From Rhodothermales bacterium (GTDB lineage: Bacteria > Bacteroidota > Rhodothermia > Rhodothermales > VXPQ01), in assembly GCA_040904565.1 (NCBI GenBank), contig JBBDTI010000064.1:1-64000 (forward strand): DNA of 64,000 nucleotides, given 5' to 3'. Below are positions 49,256 to 59,976 of the stretch, in pieces (within the stretch, counting starts at the first letter, position 1; each line of letters opens with the position of its first letter). A program made the translations under genes and the position numbers. Below the pieces are notes generated by a model. The model was not told where the DNA came from, searched no databases, and worked only from the letters and a program-made list of their open reading frames with translations.

Positions 49256-52200
49256 ATGAGCGAACAATCACTCGAACTGCTCGCGCGCATTCGTCGGCGC
49301 CTCCAGGCGGCCTCCCGACGGATCACGCTGGCCGATCTGCTTTTCGGTGCCGCTACCACGATAGGGTTGAGCTCCCTCCTCTGGCTGCTTTCCACCGCTG
49401 TCGAAGCTGGATTCTGGTTGGAGGCCGGATTCCGAACGGTACTGTTCTGGATCGTCGTCGCTGCATCCGGAGGAGCGGCCGCCTACTACGTACTGGTGCC
49501 GCTGCTGCGCATTGCAGGCATCGTTCCCGGACCGTCCGCGGAACACCTCGCCGGCAAAATCGGCGAGCGGTTTCCCGAGATCGGAGACCGTCTCGTGAAC
49601 CTGCTCGACCTGTCGCAGGGGCGCCGCAGCGATGCTCCCGAAGAGCTCGTCGACCGTGCGGTGCAGATGCTCGGGCGGGACGTCGAGCCGGTGACCTTCG
49701 AAGACGTGGCCGATTTTTCGCGAGCCCGGCGCGCGCTCCGCATAGCCGGTATCCCCATCGTCTCGCTGCTTCTTTTTCTGGCCGCCGCTCCGGACACGTT
49801 CATCAGTGCCTCGCACCGGTTGCTTTCACCCGGCGCACAGTTCGATCAGCCGGCTCCCTTCCGCCTCCAGGTGGAACCGGGTACGGTGGAGATCGCTCGC
49901 GGCGCGGCACTTAACGTTCGGGTAGAGGCTGTAGGAGACGATCGGCCTCAGACGCTCTCGCTCGAAGTGAACCACGCAGACGAGGATCACGTCGATACGA
50001 TACGGCTGACGGCAGATTCTACGGGTTCGTTTCAACATCATTTCGCCAGCGTTCGGCGATCGTTTCGATACCGTGCCAGCGCGACGCCCGTTACGTCGCG
50101 GTGGTACGAGACCTCCGTCGTGGAGTACCCTGTCGTGCAGAGCCTTCAGGCGACGCTGCAGTTCCCCTCGTACGCCGACCTGCCTCCGAGACGGCTCGAC
50201 CCGAACGTGGGCGATATTTCAGGCCTTCCGGGTACACGCGTCGAGCTGAACCTCTCGTTGGCCGGCTCCGATGCGACGTCGGCCGCCATCCGATTCGACG
50301 ACGATTCGACCGTGCCGCTCGAACTCGATGGAGACCGTGCCACGGGCTCCTTCACGCTCACGCGCGAAGGCTCGTATCAGATCATGCTGGAGAATGACCG
50401 GGGCATTTCCAACCGTGACCCCATCCGGTATGCCATGGACCTTCAAGAAGACGCCGTGCCCTCGGTAGTCATCGTGCGGCCCGGGACGGATGCCGTCCTA
50501 ACGGATGCTCTCGAACGTCTGATCGAGACGCGTATTATCGACGACTACGGATTCCGCGACCTCACGCTGAACTATCGGCTTGCCGAGAGCAGGTTCAAGA
50601 CGGCGTCCGACTCCTTCTCGACCATCGACCTGCCGGTGGAAGATAAGCGCCGGCTCGACCAGGTCGTAACGTATGACTGGGACCTCGGCGCATCGACGCC
50701 GCTGGACCCCGTGCCGGGAGACATCATCGAGTACTTCGTCCGCGTGCGAGACAACGACACGTTCGCCGGCTATAAGTCTGCCGAAACGCCGCGTCATAGG
50801 CTTCGCCTGCCCTCCCTCGCCGAGCAGTACGAGCAGCTCGATCAGGAGCAGGAAGCCGCCGAGTCGCAGGTGGAAAGTATGCTCGAGGAGGCCCGCCGCA
50901 TCGACGAGCAGTTCAGACAGCTGCGTGACGAGGTGAGGCGGAAGCAGGACGGCGACTGGGAAGATCAGCGGCAGATCGAACAGATCCAGGAGCGGCAGCA
51001 GCAACTCGAGAACCGGGTCGACGATCTTTCGAGGCAGATGGAGTCGATCAATGAATCGGCGCGCCGAAACGACCTGCTGAGCCCGGAAACCCTCGAAATG
51101 TATGAGGAGATGCAGCACGTCGTCGAAGAGATCAATTCCCCGGAATTACAGGAGGCGCTGGAGCAGCTTCGGCAGTCGATCGAAAACCTGGATCTGTCCC
51201 AGATGCAGCAGGCGATCGAAAACTTCGAATTCAATGAAGATCAGTATCGCCGGCGGCTGGAACGTACCCTGGAACTGTTCAAGAATCTTCGCGCACAGCA
51301 GCGTCTCGAGGAAGCGGCCCGCCGTGCCGAAGAGATCGCCCGCCAGCAAGAAGAACTGTCCGAAGAGACGGGCAGCTTGATGGAAGAGATGGAAGAGGCG
51401 TCCCCATCGCCGGATCCGTCCGACCGGAATGCAGCCGAGGAGAACCCGTCCGACCGGAACGCATCCGATGACGAGCCGTCCGACGCCGAACGCCTCGCAC
51501 AGCAGCAGGAGCGCTCCCGTGAAGAGATGGAACGGCTCGAGGAGCTGCTCCGCGAGGCACAGCAGCAGCTCGAAGAGATGCGGCGCGGCCCGGCTCGTGA
51601 GATGCAGGAATTGAATGAGTCGCTGCGACAGAGGCAGATGCCCGAGCAGATGCAGGACAACGCGCAACAACTGCGGCGGGAGCAGCTTCAGGACGCCCGG
51701 TCCGGGCAGCAGCAGATGCAGCAGCAGATGCAGCAATTGCAGCAGCGGCTGCAGCAGATGCAGAGCTCCATGCAGGGGTCGCAGATGGACGTGAACCTGG
51801 CCGGACTGCGGCGGGTGCTCGGCGATGTCCTTACGCTCTCCCACGAACAGGAATCACTCCGGGCCGCCCTGCGCGGTACGGTATCGGATGCCCCGGCCCT
51901 GCGCGAGGATGCCCGGAAACAGGTCGAACTTTCCGAAGGGCTGAGCACCGTCGTCGACTCCCTCCGGCAGCTCGGCGGCAACATCCCTCAACTCAGCCGG
52001 GAGGTGCAGCGCCTGTCCGGACAGGCCCTCCGCGAGATGGGCGCGGCCACGGAGGCGATGTCCGAGCGCGCGGTCGGGGAGGCCTCCGGCTATCAGACGG
52101 CGGCCATGATGAACATGAACGAGCTGGCACTGCTGCTGTCGGACGTGCTCAATCAGCTCATGAACCAGTCCGGTTCGGGCGACGGCCAGGGCAACATGCA

Positions 52201-52747
52201 GCAGATGATCCAGCAGATGCAGCAGATGGCCGAGCAGCAGCAGCAGCTCAACCAGCAGATCCAGGAGTTCCTCAACGACGTGCAGGGCAACCGCCTCAGC
52301 GTAGACATGCAGGAACGCCTTCAGCAGATGGGCGCCCAGCAGCAGGCCATCAAGCGGCAGCTCGATCAGCTGCGCCGCAACCCGGAGGCGCGCGGCAAGC
52401 TACTGGGCGATCTGGGAAGAATCGCAGAACAGATGGAAGAAACGATCCAGGAGCTGCAGCGCCGCCAGGTTGAGCCGCGTACCGTCGAACGGCAGCGCCA
52501 AATTCTTCAACGCCTGCTGGACGCTCAGCGCTCGCTCAACGAACGCGGGCAGGAACAGCGCCGCGAGGCCCAAGAGGGCGAAGATATCATTCGTGAGAGC
52601 CCGGCAGACCTCTCACCGGAAGAAGCAGCCGAAAAGCTGCGCCGCGATCTGATAAGAGCTCTCGACAGCGGCTATGCGGCAGACTACGAAGAGCTCATCA
52701 AACGATATTTCGACCTGCTCCAGCAGCGTCCGGCCGAGGTGGAATGA
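49256..52747 (+). CDS. DUF4175-like membrane-anchored protein with Ig-like region and long Gln-rich coiled coil
   Basis: Three N-terminal TM helices, P.Y....P and DDYG motifs, Q/E/M-rich C-terminus ending Y...IKRYF. Confidence 0.75.
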   Translation: MSEQSLELLARIRRRLQAASRRITLADLLFGAATTIGLSSLLWLLSTAVEAGFWLEAGFRTVLFWIVVAASGGAAAYYVLVPLLRIAGIVPGPSAEHLAGKIGERFPEIGDRLVNLLDLSQGRRSDAPEELVDRAVQMLGRDVEPVTFEDVADFSRARRALRIAGIPIVSLLLFLAAAPDTFISASHRLLSPGAQFDQPAPFRLQVEPGTVEIARGAALNVRVEAVGDDRPQTLSLEVNHADEDHVDTIRLTADSTGSFQHHFASVRRSFRYRASATPVTSRWYETSVVEYPVVQSLQATLQFPSYADLPPRRLDPNVGDISGLPGTRVELNLSLAGSDATSAAIRFDDDSTVPLELDGDRATGSFTLTREGSYQIMLENDRGISNRDPIRYAMDLQEDAVPSVVIVRPGTDAVLTDALERLIETRIIDDYGFRDLTLNYRLAESRFKTASDSFSTIDLPVEDKRRLDQVVTYDWDLGASTPLDPVPGDIIEYFVRVRDNDTFAGYKSAETPRHRLRLPSLAEQYEQLDQEQEAAESQVESMLEEARRIDEQFRQLRDEVRRKQDGDWEDQRQIEQIQERQQQLENRVDDLSRQMESINESARRNDLLSPETLEMYEEMQHVVEEINSPELQEALEQLRQSIENLDLSQMQQAIENFEFNEDQYRRRLERTLELFKNLRAQQRLEEAARRAEEIARQQEELSEETGSLMEEMEEASPSPDPSDRNAAEENPSDRNASDDEPSDAERLAQQQERSREEMERLEELLREAQQQLEEMRRGPAREMQELNESLRQRQMPEQMQDNAQQLRREQLQDARSGQQQMQQQMQQLQQRLQQMQSSMQGSQMDVNLAGLRRVLGDVLTLSHEQESLRAALRGTVSDAPALREDARKQVELSEGLSTVVDSLRQLGGNIPQLSREVQRLSGQALREMGAATEAMSERAVGEASGYQTAAMMNMNELALLLSDVLNQLMNQSGSGDGQGNMQQMIQQMQQMAEQQQQLNQQIQEFLNDVQGNRLSVDMQERLQQMGAQQQAIKRQLDQLRRNPEARGKLLGDLGRIAEQMEETIQELQRRQVEPRTVERQRQILQRLLDAQRSLNERGQEQRREAQEGEDIIRESPADLSPEEAAEKLRRDLIRALDSGYAADYEELIKRYFDLLQQRPAEVE
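51416..51484 (+). repeat. 30-bp intragenic repeat (PSDRNA.... x2.3)
   Basis: ccgtccgaccggaa at 51416 and 51446; ccgtccgac at 51476. Confidence 0.8.
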
Positions 52748-52822
52748 GCCGCCCAACTCGTCGATAAGCGCAACAGGCAGCCGCGCGCAACGGAAGCGCC
52801 GCGCGCGAAAGCATATCTGGCA

Positions 52823-52851
52823 TTGAATATGCGGCCGGTCTTGAGTAAATT
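52823..52851 (+). promoter_or_regulatory. Sigma70-type promoter candidate
   Basis: TTGAAT-N17-TAAATT in an AT-rich patch; predicted transcription start near 52857. Confidence 0.55.
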
Positions 52852-52855
52852 ATAA

Positions 52856-53012
52856 GGCTCCATGTCCGGCGTGGGAGCACGCGGCTGCTCCCCAGCGAGG
52901 TCCCGCCTCGCAGGGAGACCTAGCAGGGAGCCCGTCGATCATTTCGTTCTCTGACTAACGACAAGGTACGTGCCGCGAGTGCCTCGCATGAGAGAGCGCA
53001 GAAAAGTGTACC
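52856..53012 (+). ncRNA. Candidate structured leader RNA (family not recognised)
   Basis: Several nested hairpins and a possible pseudoknot starting at the predicted transcription start (see findings). Confidence 0.4.
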
Positions 53013-53048
53013 GCACCGTTCGCCCCAACTAATCGGAATCACGCAAGT

Positions 53049-53822
53049 ATGGCTAATTCAACGAGGATCCTCTTTGTCTCGGACGAAGTCGAGCCGTTCT
53101 CGAAGTCGTCCGCGACGGCCACCTTGGTACGAAACCTCCCCGAACAGCTGCAGAGTGCCGGGGACTATGAAATGCGGATCATGATGCCTCGATACGGGAC
53201 GATCAGCGAACGCAAGAATCGCTTGCATGAGGTGATACGCCTCTCTGGAACGGAGATCGAGATGGGAGAACGGACGGATACGCTGAAGGTGAAGGTGGCG
53301 TCGATCCCCGGCATCCGCCTGCAGGTTTATTTCATGGACAACAATCATTATTTCAAGCGCAAGGGGGTCTATGCGAACAAAAAGGGCAGGCTGTTTGAGG
53401 ACAACCTGGAGCGCGCCCTCTTTTTCGCGCGATCGTCTCTTGAGACCATTCGCAATCTTGGCTGGGGGCCGGACGTCGTCCATGCCTTCGGCTGGATGAG
53501 CGGCTTCGTTCCAATGCTGCTGCGAACAGACTACGCCGGGGAAGAGCTTTTTGAAAACACGAAGGCGATCTTCACACCGAACGTGGTGGACTTCGAGGAG
53601 ACGGTGAGCGATAGATTTGCCGAACGCGAACTCGCGGGCGGCTCCGGACTCGCAGGGAAGGATCCCAACGCGATCGGCCTTTCTTTTGCCGACGCGGCAA
53701 TCTATCCGCACACGATAGATCCGGAGGCCGGCGATTCGCTCCAGTTCGGAGATGGAAAGGAAGATAATGTGGAGACCGCACGGTCCGTCTACGATCAGCT
53801 CCTCGCCGAAGTCGCCGCCTGA
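53049..53822 (+). CDS. Glycogen/starch synthase N-terminal (GT5) domain-only protein
   Basis: RILFVSDEVEPF, RIMMPRYG, KVASIP, VYFMDN..YF.R, PDVVHAFGW; no C-terminal domain. Confidence 0.85.
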   Translation: MANSTRILFVSDEVEPFSKSSATATLVRNLPEQLQSAGDYEMRIMMPRYGTISERKNRLHEVIRLSGTEIEMGERTDTLKVKVASIPGIRLQVYFMDNNHYFKRKGVYANKKGRLFEDNLERALFFARSSLETIRNLGWGPDVVHAFGWMSGFVPMLLRTDYAGEELFENTKAIFTPNVVDFEETVSDRFAERELAGGSGLAGKDPNAIGLSFADAAIYPHTIDPEAGDSLQFGDGKEDNVETARSVYDQLLAEVAA

Positions 53823-53990
53823 GGCGGCGAAACCCCTCATTTATGCCCCGGCACGTAGGAACTACGCCCCGGGATGTCGCATACGTTAGCTCGCATCGCA
53901 GAAACCCCATCGGCTCGAGCCGATCGGGGTTATTGCTGTGCCCCACTCCATTATCATTCTGTCCGTTCGGCTCGTCCACCGGTTATCTAC

Positions 53991-55175
53991 GTGAAGAGAC
54001 CCTTCCAACGCATATTCCTTCTCGCTCTCTTCGTTGGACTGTTGCTCTCGGCGTGTGACGACCCGTCCAACGTGGGTGAGGGACTGATCGGCCCCCAGAG
54101 CGGCATCCCGTTCACCAATCAATTCCCCATTAGCGATTTCCGACCGGCCTCCATCTTCCAGCCGGACAATCTGGCTCCGCGCGTTCTGGCCGGCCGGGTC
54201 GAGGATCCCGCGCTCGGCACGTACACCGTGCGGGGCTACGTCGACATCATCGCCGTTACGTCCGCCGGCTTACGCGCGCAACCCGTCGAACGTGCAGAAA
54301 TCCAACTGACACCGACGTACGTCTACGGTGACACGACCAGCGAAGTCACGCTGGCCATTCGTGAAGTGCTGGAGGAATGGGACCAGGAGGGCCTTCCGAC
54401 CGATACGTCTTTCAGCGTCGGCCCGGTCATTCGCGAGTTCACGTTTCATCCGACCGACAGCGTCGTGGTCGTCGAACTGCCGTCGGATTGGGTCGCGGAG
54501 CATGACGCCATCATCCGCGACGTCGATTTTGGGGAGCTCTTCCACGGGTTCCGTCTGGATCCGATCTCCGGCAACGCCGTCGTTGGATTTGGACCCAACC
54601 GCACCGGTCTGTTCGCCGTGACCTCGGAAGACTCGACGGCGTTGCCCGCGGGGCAATCCTACCAGCACGTCGAACGATCGGCCTCGATCGCTCCGCCGCC
54701 GGACCGGATTCTCATGCAGGCGGGAAGCGGGCCGGGGGCCGCGTTCTCCGTTAACCTGTCGGACGTCGACCTCCGTACAAGTTCCGTAAACCGGGCCTCG
54801 ATCGAGATCTGGACGGACACCGTGACGGTGCAGCAAGACCTGCCGCCCCACTTCGTTCGGCCGACGCTCGACGCGCTCGATCTATACGGGATTACCGAAA
54901 CGGGAAATGCGTCGCTCATCGGGCGAAGCAGCCTGGACGACGACGGCCGCCTCGTGTTCGATTCGCCTAGCGTGGCAGGTGCCCTCGAACGGCAGCTGCT
55001 GGGAGAAGTGACCTTCGACCATTACCAACTCCGTATACCGGATCCCAATACGCTAACCGGCGGTGAAGGACAGGAACTCTACTATTATTCCAGCCTGAAC
55101 CCGATCTTCCTGTACGCCGAGGGGACTGGATCCAGAGCGCCGTTCGTGTTTATGACCGGCACACCGCTCGACTGA
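53991..55175 (+). CDS. DUF4270-like lipoprotein
   Basis: Lipobox LSA-C, CDDPSNVG, AGRVEDPALG, YVYGDT; follows the GT5 gene; GTG 53991. Confidence 0.7.
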   Translation: MKRPFQRIFLLALFVGLLLSACDDPSNVGEGLIGPQSGIPFTNQFPISDFRPASIFQPDNLAPRVLAGRVEDPALGTYTVRGYVDIIAVTSAGLRAQPVERAEIQLTPTYVYGDTTSEVTLAIREVLEEWDQEGLPTDTSFSVGPVIREFTFHPTDSVVVVELPSDWVAEHDAIIRDVDFGELFHGFRLDPISGNAVVGFGPNRTGLFAVTSEDSTALPAGQSYQHVERSASIAPPPDRILMQAGSGPGAAFSVNLSDVDLRTSSVNRASIEIWTDTVTVQQDLPPHFVRPTLDALDLYGITETGNASLIGRSSLDDDGRLVFDSPSVAGALERQLLGEVTFDHYQLRIPDPNTLTGGEGQELYYYSSLNPIFLYAEGTGSRAPFVFMTGTPLD

Positions 55176-55205
55176 TTTACGCTGATATCCCTTTTCGACG
55201 ATTTC

Positions 55206-56645
55206 ATGCCCGTACCATTTGCACGTCTACATGAAGACCCGCCCCAACCAGGGTCGTCTACGTCTGGTGGATGCGGTCCATCCGGCCGGCAACCGCGTAG
55301 CCTCCGCCACGCCGTTCGAAGCGTGGTCCGGACAGACGCACGGCTAATCCTCGTTGCCCTGCTACTTACCGCCCTCCTGCCACTGACCGCCTTCGCGCAG
55401 AGCAGCAGCGACGGTTCGCTCTATTCCCGCTTCGGACTGGGTGAGATACAGACCTTCTCCAGCGCTCAAGGGGAAGCGCTAGGCCATTCAGGAATCGCTC
55501 TGCACTCGCTCAACTATCTCAACATCAGCAATCCGGGTACCTGGGCGGACCAGGTGCTCACCCGGGCATCCGCGGGCTTCACGTATCAGAACCTGCGCAT
55601 CTCAGACGCTTCGAACGCGACGAGCCGGCTCGCATCGGGCTTCCTGAACGGCGTACAGTTCGGCTTTCCGATTCTCGAGCGGCAGCTCGGCGTGGCCATC
55701 GGCTTCGTGCCATACTCGCGCGTGGGCTACCGCGTTGTCAACGAAGGTATCCTGGCACCTGATACGCCGGCCCGCGATACGGTGGGATACGCCGTCGACT
55801 TCACAGGATCCGGCGGACTGCAGCAGGTCGTGGGCGGGATGGGATATCGATTCAATCGCAATGTCAGCATCGGAGCCAGCCTGAACGCCATCTTCGGTAT
55901 CATTGAAAATGGACGACGAACGTCCTTTATAAGCTCCGGTCCGACGGCCGGCTACATCCCAACGAACGTGTCGACATCGACCCGCCTGAACGGCTTTACG
56001 GCCTCGATCGGTACGTACATTAACGCCCGCCGACTCATCGGTGAAGACGACTTCATCGGCGTCGGCGCCACCTTTACCCTTCCCGCGACCCTCTCCGGTA
56101 AACGAGTCCACACGCTGGGCGAGCAGCTCGATCGCGACACGCTCGGAACCGTCGTCGGCGGTAACGTCGACATTCCGTGGAATGTAGGCCTCGGCGTTTC
56201 CTATCACCCCGATGCCCGGTGGACCGTCTCAACTGGAGGCGAATATGCCCCGTGGACGACTTTTCGGAGTACGCTGTCGTTTCCGGGATACGACCCCGAA
56301 GAAACGTCCAATCTTTCGGATCGATGGCAGATTGGAACCGGCATTGAATTCGTCCCCGGAGGATCAGATCTTTTAGCATCGTATCCTGCGCGAGTTGGAT
56401 ACCGACTGGGCATATCGTACGAGCAGTCGTACATCAGCCCAGCTGAATCGGGCGCGCTCCGTACGCTGGCCGGTACGGTCGGATTCAGTCTTCCCACCGT
56501 GCAATCCGGCACGCGTCTTGATATCAACATGCAGGTAGGCCGGCGCGGGAAAACGGAAGGTGCCCTGGTACGGGACGTTTTCTACCGGCTCGCCGTCAGC
56601 GTAAATATCGGAGAGCGCTGGTTCCAAACGCCAAGACTCCGCTAA
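55206..56645 (+). CDS. Outer-membrane beta-barrel protein (FadL/porin-like)
   Basis: Signal peptide ending AFA-Q, SLYSRFGLG, NP, PYSRVGY, GSGGL, C-terminal ERWF; start uncertain. Confidence 0.75.
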   Translation: MPVPFARLHEDPPQPGSSTSGGCGPSGRQPRSLRHAVRSVVRTDARLILVALLLTALLPLTAFAQSSSDGSLYSRFGLGEIQTFSSAQGEALGHSGIALHSLNYLNISNPGTWADQVLTRASAGFTYQNLRISDASNATSRLASGFLNGVQFGFPILERQLGVAIGFVPYSRVGYRVVNEGILAPDTPARDTVGYAVDFTGSGGLQQVVGGMGYRFNRNVSIGASLNAIFGIIENGRRTSFISSGPTAGYIPTNVSTSTRLNGFTASIGTYINARRLIGEDDFIGVGATFTLPATLSGKRVHTLGEQLDRDTLGTVVGGNVDIPWNVGLGVSYHPDARWTVSTGGEYAPWTTFRSTLSFPGYDPEETSNLSDRWQIGTGIEFVPGGSDLLASYPARVGYRLGISYEQSYISPAESGALRTLAGTVGFSLPTVQSGTRLDINMQVGRRGKTEGALVRDVFYRLAVSVNIGERWFQTPRLR

Positions 56646-56718
56646 GAAACTACGCTGCGTTCGTCGGGTGTAATATTACGTTAGGCTGTGAGGACCAATC
56701 ATCATCATCTTTTTGACT

Positions 56719-58041
56719 ATGAACTCTCTACTCGCACGTATCTCGGGCCTCATAGCCGCGGTGCTTTTGCTGGTCGGCGTGTCCGGCATGACCCAGCCCG
56801 CCATGGCGCAGGCCGAACAGGTCAGCGACCAGGACAAGGCGGTGCACTACAGCCTCTACTATGAGGACTTTAAGAACCAGAATTTCCAGAGTGCCCTGCC
56901 TAACCTGAAGTGGGTAATCGAGAACGCCCCGGAATATCCTCGAAACGATGACCGTAATTTCGAGCGTCTGATCGAGACGTTCGAGGGCATCGCGGCGAAT
57001 GCCGGCGATGAAGCCACCGCAGCGGCCTATCTCGATTCCGCCCTCGTGTGGTACGACGAATCGGTCGCCGCAATGAAGGAAACGGGCATCGAATTCAATG
57101 AAGTGCAGTGGCAGCTTCGCAAAGGCCGCTTCGTGCAGGAAAACGCCGAGCTTCTCGGAGATGATATTCCGAGTCCGGCCGAGATTTATTACGAAGCGTT
57201 CGAGATGGCGGGGTGCGAGCTCGATCCATACTATATCCGGTTCGTGATCGACGACGTCGTGCGCCGGGGTGAAAAGCAGCGTGCCGTAAATCTGACCGAC
57301 GAAGCGGAGGCGTGCTACGCCGACAACGCGGATCTCGTGACATACCTCAACGACGTGCGCAACAACCTTTTCACGTCTCCGGAAGAACGGATGGCCTTTC
57401 TCGAATCCCGCTTGGAGCAGAATCCCGACGATTACGAGATCGCCTCCGAGCTGTTCGACATCTACCTCGATCTCGAATACCGCGAGGAAGCGGCCGAGCT
57501 GGGTGACCGTCTCGTAGAGATGCAGGAATCCGCTCGAACGTACCGCCGCCTCGGCGAGCTGCACCTCCAGGATGGAGATACCGAACGTGCCATCTCCTAT
57601 TACGAGCGCGCGCTTGACATGCCGGGCGCGTCAGATAGCGTGCGCCGCGATATCCTCTACAACCTGGGCATTGCGATGCAGCAGGACGGCTCTCTTTCCC
57701 AGGCACGATCGTATTTTCGGCAGGCCATGGAGATCGATCCCAATTATGGCCGGGCGTATATCGCCATCGGCGACCTCTACGCCACGGCGGTGTCGGCCTG
57801 CGGCACGTTCGAGCGTGAGGATCGCGCCGTGTACTGGCTCGCCGTGGACTATTACCAGCGCGCCAAGGCCAATGACCCGAGCGTCGCCTCACAGGCAGAC
57901 CAGAAGATCGCCACGTATCGTCGGAGCTTCCCGGACCAGGAGGCCCTCTTCTTCCGTAATTGGGAGCCGGGTGATTCGTACCGGATCGACTACGGCTGCT
58001 ACTCGTGGATCAATGAGACCACGACGGTAAAGGCTCCGTAA
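56719..58041 (+). CDS. Exported tetratricopeptide repeat protein
   Basis: Signal peptide ending AMA-Q, TPR repeats, YWLAVDYYQRAK, FP....FF, WINETT. Confidence 0.82.
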   Translation: MNSLLARISGLIAAVLLLVGVSGMTQPAMAQAEQVSDQDKAVHYSLYYEDFKNQNFQSALPNLKWVIENAPEYPRNDDRNFERLIETFEGIAANAGDEATAAAYLDSALVWYDESVAAMKETGIEFNEVQWQLRKGRFVQENAELLGDDIPSPAEIYYEAFEMAGCELDPYYIRFVIDDVVRRGEKQRAVNLTDEAEACYADNADLVTYLNDVRNNLFTSPEERMAFLESRLEQNPDDYEIASELFDIYLDLEYREEAAELGDRLVEMQESARTYRRLGELHLQDGDTERAISYYERALDMPGASDSVRRDILYNLGIAMQQDGSLSQARSYFRQAMEIDPNYGRAYIAIGDLYATAVSACGTFEREDRAVYWLAVDYYQRAKANDPSVASQADQKIATYRRSFPDQEALFFRNWEPGDSYRIDYGCYSWINETTTVKAP

Positions 58042-58120
58042 GGCCATTCGTAGACCCGTATATTAACAGGCTCCCAGGTCACGATACATCGAAGATGTCG
58101 GGCGGTATCCGCCGTCCAGG

Positions 58121-58155
58121 AAGGCCGATTCGCCGCAGCGAGTCGGCCTTTTTTT
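58121..58155 (+). terminator. Intrinsic terminator after the TPR gene
   Basis: AAGGCCGATTCGC-CGCA-GCGAGTCGGCCTT followed by a T-tract. Confidence 0.88.
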
Positions 58156-58274
58156 GTCGGATTCGTCGGTTCTTGGCACGCAACAGACGACCGTGGACCT
58201 CGTTCTCCTTGCCATTGCCCGCCCGGATAGCGAATTTGTCCCTCGTTCGTACCAGTGCCTACCACGCCTTATAA

Positions 58275-59576
<1,302 letters not shown>

Positions 59577-59579
59577 GCG

Positions 59580-59939
59580 ATGAAGAAGCAACGCAAGCAC
59601 CGTTCACATTGGACCAGACTCGGCCAGTCGATGCTGCCGGCGTCGATGTCCGACCGTGAGATACGGCGCCTGCGCAATCGCCTTTTCGCAGCGGCTGCGG
59701 TTCTGCTTCTGGTCTGGCTTACTTTCTTCGATAGCCACAGCCTGGTCAAGCGGGTCACCTGGCACCACGAGGTTCAGGAGCTTCGGGAAGAGAACGAGCA
59801 CCTGACCGGTGAGATTGACCGGCTCGAACGCGAGGTGCGTCAGGGTCTTTCCGATCAGGCCGTGGAACGGATTGCCCGGGAAGAGTTCGGTATGCGGCGA
59901 CCCGGTGAAACGGTCTACCGCATTCAGCCGTCCGACTGA
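59580..59939 (+). CDS. ftsB: Septum formation initiator FtsB/DivIC
   Basis: TM helix, coiled coil, ERIAREEFGMRRPGE; downstream of eno. Confidence 0.85.
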   Translation: MKKQRKHRSHWTRLGQSMLPASMSDREIRRLRNRLFAAAAVLLLVWLTFFDSHSLVKRVTWHHEVQELREENEHLTGEIDRLEREVRQGLSDQAVERIAREEFGMRRPGETVYRIQPSD

Positions 59940-59976
59940 CCCTCCCGTCCAACGTCGTATCATTCCACCACGCACC

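Noticed and set aside
56669-56680. GTAATATTAC palindrome before the TPR gene
   Set aside because: A single 10-bp palindrome with no second copy noticed; could be chance or part of a -10 region.
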